From an uncultured Bacteroidota bacterium (lineage in GTDB: Bacteria > Bacteroidota > Bacteroidia > Bacteroidales > SZUA-534), in the NCBI GenBank assembly GCA_946404125.1, contig CAMJCK010000008.1, positions 17,667 to 81,666 on the forward strand: a stretch of DNA of 64,000 nucleotides. Direction: 5' to 3'. Position numbers and translations under genes: made by a program. Under the pieces are notes generated by a model. It saw only the letters and a program-made list of their open reading frames with translations, did no database searches and had not been told where the DNA came from. Each line of letters opens with the position of its first letter. Position 1 is the stretch's first letter. Positions 61,506 to 64,000 of this stretch are shown one piece after another.

Positions 61506-63812
61506 ATGAAAAGAATTACTATCAGACTTATGGCAGCCATAGCGTTGTTGTTCACCACAGCAGCCGCAACAATGGCACAAGGCAGTTTCGCCTATCAGGC
61601 GGTTATCCGCACTGCCGACGGAAAAGTAGTCAGCAACCAGAAAGTTGGAATGCGATTCACTTTACTGAGCGACGGAACCTCATACTACAGCGAGGTTCAT
61701 ACCCCCACTACCAACGAGTTTGGCAACATCTCGGTAATGATTGGCAGTGGCACCAAAGAGAGCGGAGATTTTATGAATGTTCCTTGGAGCAAGATGAATC
61801 TGATGCTCAAGATTGAGGTTGATGCCAAAGGCGGAACCAACTATACCGAGTTGGGACAGACACAGCTGTTGTCGGTGCCATACGCAATGTATGCCCAGAC
61901 AGCCGGCAAGGTTGAGGCCACACAGAAGTCATCATCGGTTAACGAGCCTATTTTCGAGGTTAAGGACAAAGACGGCAACCTTGTATTTGCCGTGTACCCC
62001 GATGGAGTTAAGGTTTATGTTGACGACACCGATGTGACCAAGGCAAAACGCAGCGGCTTTGTTGTTACAGGCCGCTCGGCCACCAAAGACGGCGAGAGTG
62101 CCGACTATTTTGCAGTTAACGCCGAAGGTACTCAGGTGTTCATTGACGACACCGCAACCAGCAAGGCAAAACGCAGCGGTTTCGTAGTAACAGGCCGCTC
62201 GGCCACCAAAGGCGGTGAAAATGCCGACTATCTGGCAGTCAACGGCAATGGTACCCAGGTTTATGTTGACGACCCGGCAGAAGACAAGGCAAAACGCAGC
62301 GGTTTTGTAGTAACAGGCCGCTCAGCCACCAAAGATGCTAACGCCGACGTGCTCAAAATCGATGGCGCAGGCACTCAGGTCTTCATCGACGACAGCGTAA
62401 CCGGCAAGGCAAAACGCAGCGGCTTCGTAGTAACAGGCCGCTCGGCCACCAAAGATTCCGATGCAGCCGACTATCTGGCAATCAACGGCAACGGTACTCA
62501 GGTTTATGTTAATACCGATGTTACTGATGATAAGGCAAAACGCAGCGGTTTCGTAGTTACAGGCCGCTCAGCCACCAAAGACGAGGAACTCGACGTATTT
62601 GTAGTTGACGGTTTGGGCACTCAGGTATTCATCGATGAAACCGACGAGAGCAAGGCAAAACGCAGCGGTTTCGTAGTAACAGGCCGCTCGGCCACCAAAG
62701 ATTCGGACAGCGACTACTTCAAGGTTACCAGCGACGCAGTCAACGTAAGTATTTCATCGTTCAACGTATCCGACAAGACAACATCTGAGAGCGTGTTTGC
62801 CATCAAGCAAGGTAACGTGCAGGTTAACTCTGACTTGTTGATGACAGGTGAGGTTGGCAAGGTTGTTGACGCTGAGGCAATTAGCGACTCAATCTTCACC
62901 ATCAACCTTGTTGGCAACGAACAGGTTATTACAACTATTGATACGATTGACCCGGATGGCGCCTTGGTTGACGGTGAATATGGTATGTATGCCTTACTGC
63001 GTATCACCGATAACTCTTATGTTCCAGTTTATGAGTGGGATAGCTTGATGTTCGACGCAAGAGGTTATGCCACCACCAACAAGAAGAGCGCTGTTGTTTC
63101 TGTACGTACCACTTGGGATGGTTCCGTTGTTGTCAATCCGTTGCAGAAGGATATCAAGAACTTTACAGCTGTGTTCGGTCTGACTTGGACAAGGAGCCAG
63201 GATAATGTACAAGAGTCTTTTGTATTCAAGAAGGTTATGATTGTTTCTGAAAATCAGAGCCAGGGTCAAGGCCAGGGCGGTAATCAGTCTCAAGTACAAG
63301 GAGGATTCTACGGAGTTGAAAAGGGACATATGATTGTTAATACGTTTGAAAATGGCGAGACCCATCAATTTGATTACTACTTTCTTGACTACGGCAAAAA
63401 GGAATACTTCACTTACGAAAACGAAGATGGAAATACAATGATTTATTATACTGATTGGGAAGCAGAACCTTCTGATAATACTAAAGAATATATTTACCTT
63501 CCTGAAAATAAGGAGTGGGCATATTATACTATGGAAGCGGAACGTAGTGAACCATTTTATTATTTCGCTGGCGATGAGGATTACGCCGCAGATGGTGGTG
63601 AAATAAATGGTCTTCGAACAAAATTGTATACTGCTGATGGGCAGCAAGATTTTGATATAAAAATATATGTATATGAAGGCATTAGGGTTAGAACAGAATT
63701 TAATGACGAGGTAACCGAAAAAATTGAATCATTCGATTTCAATTCCGACGTACAGGATTTCTTCGAATGGGCAAAAGGCAAAGGTTACGATTTACCTGGA
63801 AAGCCTGAATAA
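61506..63812 (+). CDS. Paralogue of the N-terminal module of the giant protein (signal peptide, conserved domain, six KAKRSGFVVTGRSATK cores) with an unrelated AT-rich C-terminal domain
   Basis: Colinear similarity to residues 1-~615 of 44348-59281. Compare QAVIRTADGKVVSNQKV...SVPYAMYAQTAGK with QAVIRDSEGVLVTGRQV...GAPYAMHAQKAGG. Both have six identical 16-aa cores and a shared GNVQV...MMGDV/LMTGEV segment. Confidence 0.85.
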   Translation: MKRITIRLMAAIALLFTTAAATMAQGSFAYQAVIRTADGKVVSNQKVGMRFTLLSDGTSYYSEVHTPTTNEFGNISVMIGSGTKESGDFMNVPWSKMNLMLKIEVDAKGGTNYTELGQTQLLSVPYAMYAQTAGKVEATQKSSSVNEPIFEVKDKDGNLVFAVYPDGVKVYVDDTDVTKAKRSGFVVTGRSATKDGESADYFAVNAEGTQVFIDDTATSKAKRSGFVVTGRSATKGGENADYLAVNGNGTQVYVDDPAEDKAKRSGFVVTGRSATKDANADVLKIDGAGTQVFIDDSVTGKAKRSGFVVTGRSATKDSDAADYLAINGNGTQVYVNTDVTDDKAKRSGFVVTGRSATKDEELDVFVVDGLGTQVFIDETDESKAKRSGFVVTGRSATKDSDSDYFKVTSDAVNVSISSFNVSDKTTSESVFAIKQGNVQVNSDLLMTGEVGKVVDAEAISDSIFTINLVGNEQVITTIDTIDPDGALVDGEYGMYALLRITDNSYVPVYEWDSLMFDARGYATTNKKSAVVSVRTTWDGSVVVNPLQKDIKNFTAVFGLTWTRSQDNVQESFVFKKVMIVSENQSQGQGQGGNQSQVQGGFYGVEKGHMIVNTFENGETHQFDYYFLDYGKKEYFTYENEDGNTMIYYTDWEAEPSDNTKEYIYLPENKEWAYYTMEAERSEPFYYFAGDEDYAADGGEINGLRTKLYTADGQQDFDIKIYVYEGIRVRTEFNDEVTEKIESFDFNSDVQDFFEWAKGKGYDLPGKPE
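62040..62699 (+). repeat. Coding array of six ~40-aa repeats with invariant core KAKRSGFVVTGRSATK (768-aa paralogue)
   Basis: Same core, same copy number, and nearly the same position in the protein (first core at residue 179, against 177 in the giant protein). Confidence 0.9.
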
Positions 63813-63835
63813 TTATTGTTAACTTACAAATAAAG

Positions 63836-63862
63836 AGCCATCTGCTTGCAGGTGGCTTTTTT
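63836..63862 (+). terminator. Intrinsic terminator after the 768-aa paralogue
   Basis: AGCCATCTGC..GCAGGTGGCT followed by T6. Confidence 0.7.
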
Positions 63863-63949
63863 ATTTTGTGCTGATGGCAAATTGAATTGATGGCCGGTTG
63901 CTGATATTCAACTGAAAAAACTATTTTTGGCGTATAAAATCTGACAGAT

Positions 63950-64000
63950 ATGAAGACAATGCTTTTTCTTGGTGGCATAGGTGGCGGCGAAATTGTCATT
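63950..64000 (+). CDS. tatA: 5' fragment of a TatA/TatE-like twin-arginine translocase subunit (runs off the window)
   Basis: ATG 63950 opens MKTMLFLGGIGGGEIVI, the typical TatA N-terminal TM start. It is preceded by a TATTTTTG -7 box at 63922-63929. Only 17 codons are visible. Confidence 0.45.
   Translation, partial: MKTMLFLGGIGGGEIVI

Noticed and set aside
1-64000. Prophage, ICE or integron interpretation of the AT-rich insertions.
   Set aside because: No integrase, transposase of a standard IS family, relaxase, phage structural gene or attC-like array is visible. The only recombinase-like gene is the RayT-like HUH gene, which is not adjacent to the insertions.

Overview
This window looks like a chromosomal segment of a Bacteroidota (Bacteroidales-type) genome. 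Three things support the lineage call. Many genes have Bacteroides-style TAnnTTTG -7 boxes 15-60 nt upstream. Two proteins carry T9SS C-terminal sorting domains. BspA-type LRR proteins, Listeria-Bacteroides repeat proteins, and YfhO- and OmpA/PD40-family genes are present.

About 46 CDS are supported. Well-recognised housekeeping genes are rlmN, ogt, add, tcdA, tatD, serB, pnp, rpsO, folA, rnhA, purN and tsaE. They are interleaved with accessory surface-protein genes and several visibly AT-rich insertions. I found no rRNA, tRNA, CRISPR array, integrase or reverse transcriptase.

The most unusual region is 44.3-63.8 kb. It holds an uninterrupted 4,977-codon mosaic surface-protein gene and a 768-aa paralogue. 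The two share a ~600-aa N-terminal module that I could not assign to a named family. Each module contains exactly six invariant KAKRSGFVVTGRSATK cores, and the C-terminal payloads are unrelated. Between the two genes lie a RayT/IS200-like HUH (Y1) gene with an extra C-terminal domain, a hairpin- and G-tract-rich spacer, and a small T9SS-sorted protein.

Other signals:
- A perfect 30-bp direct repeat brackets a 1.1-kb AT-rich gene cassette inserted into the 5' end of a methyltransferase gene.
- The 3' end of an OmpA-family gene plus its downstream promoter and leader is duplicated in front of a second lipoprotein gene.
- Two different tandem operator-like arrays sit upstream of two DUF4143 ATPase genes.
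- A REP-like palindrome family occurs three times.
- An orphan promoter-terminator pair is a small-RNA candidate.
- Long, near-perfect intragenic duplications occur in both large repeat proteins.

All functional calls come from reading motifs by eye. No database search was run.
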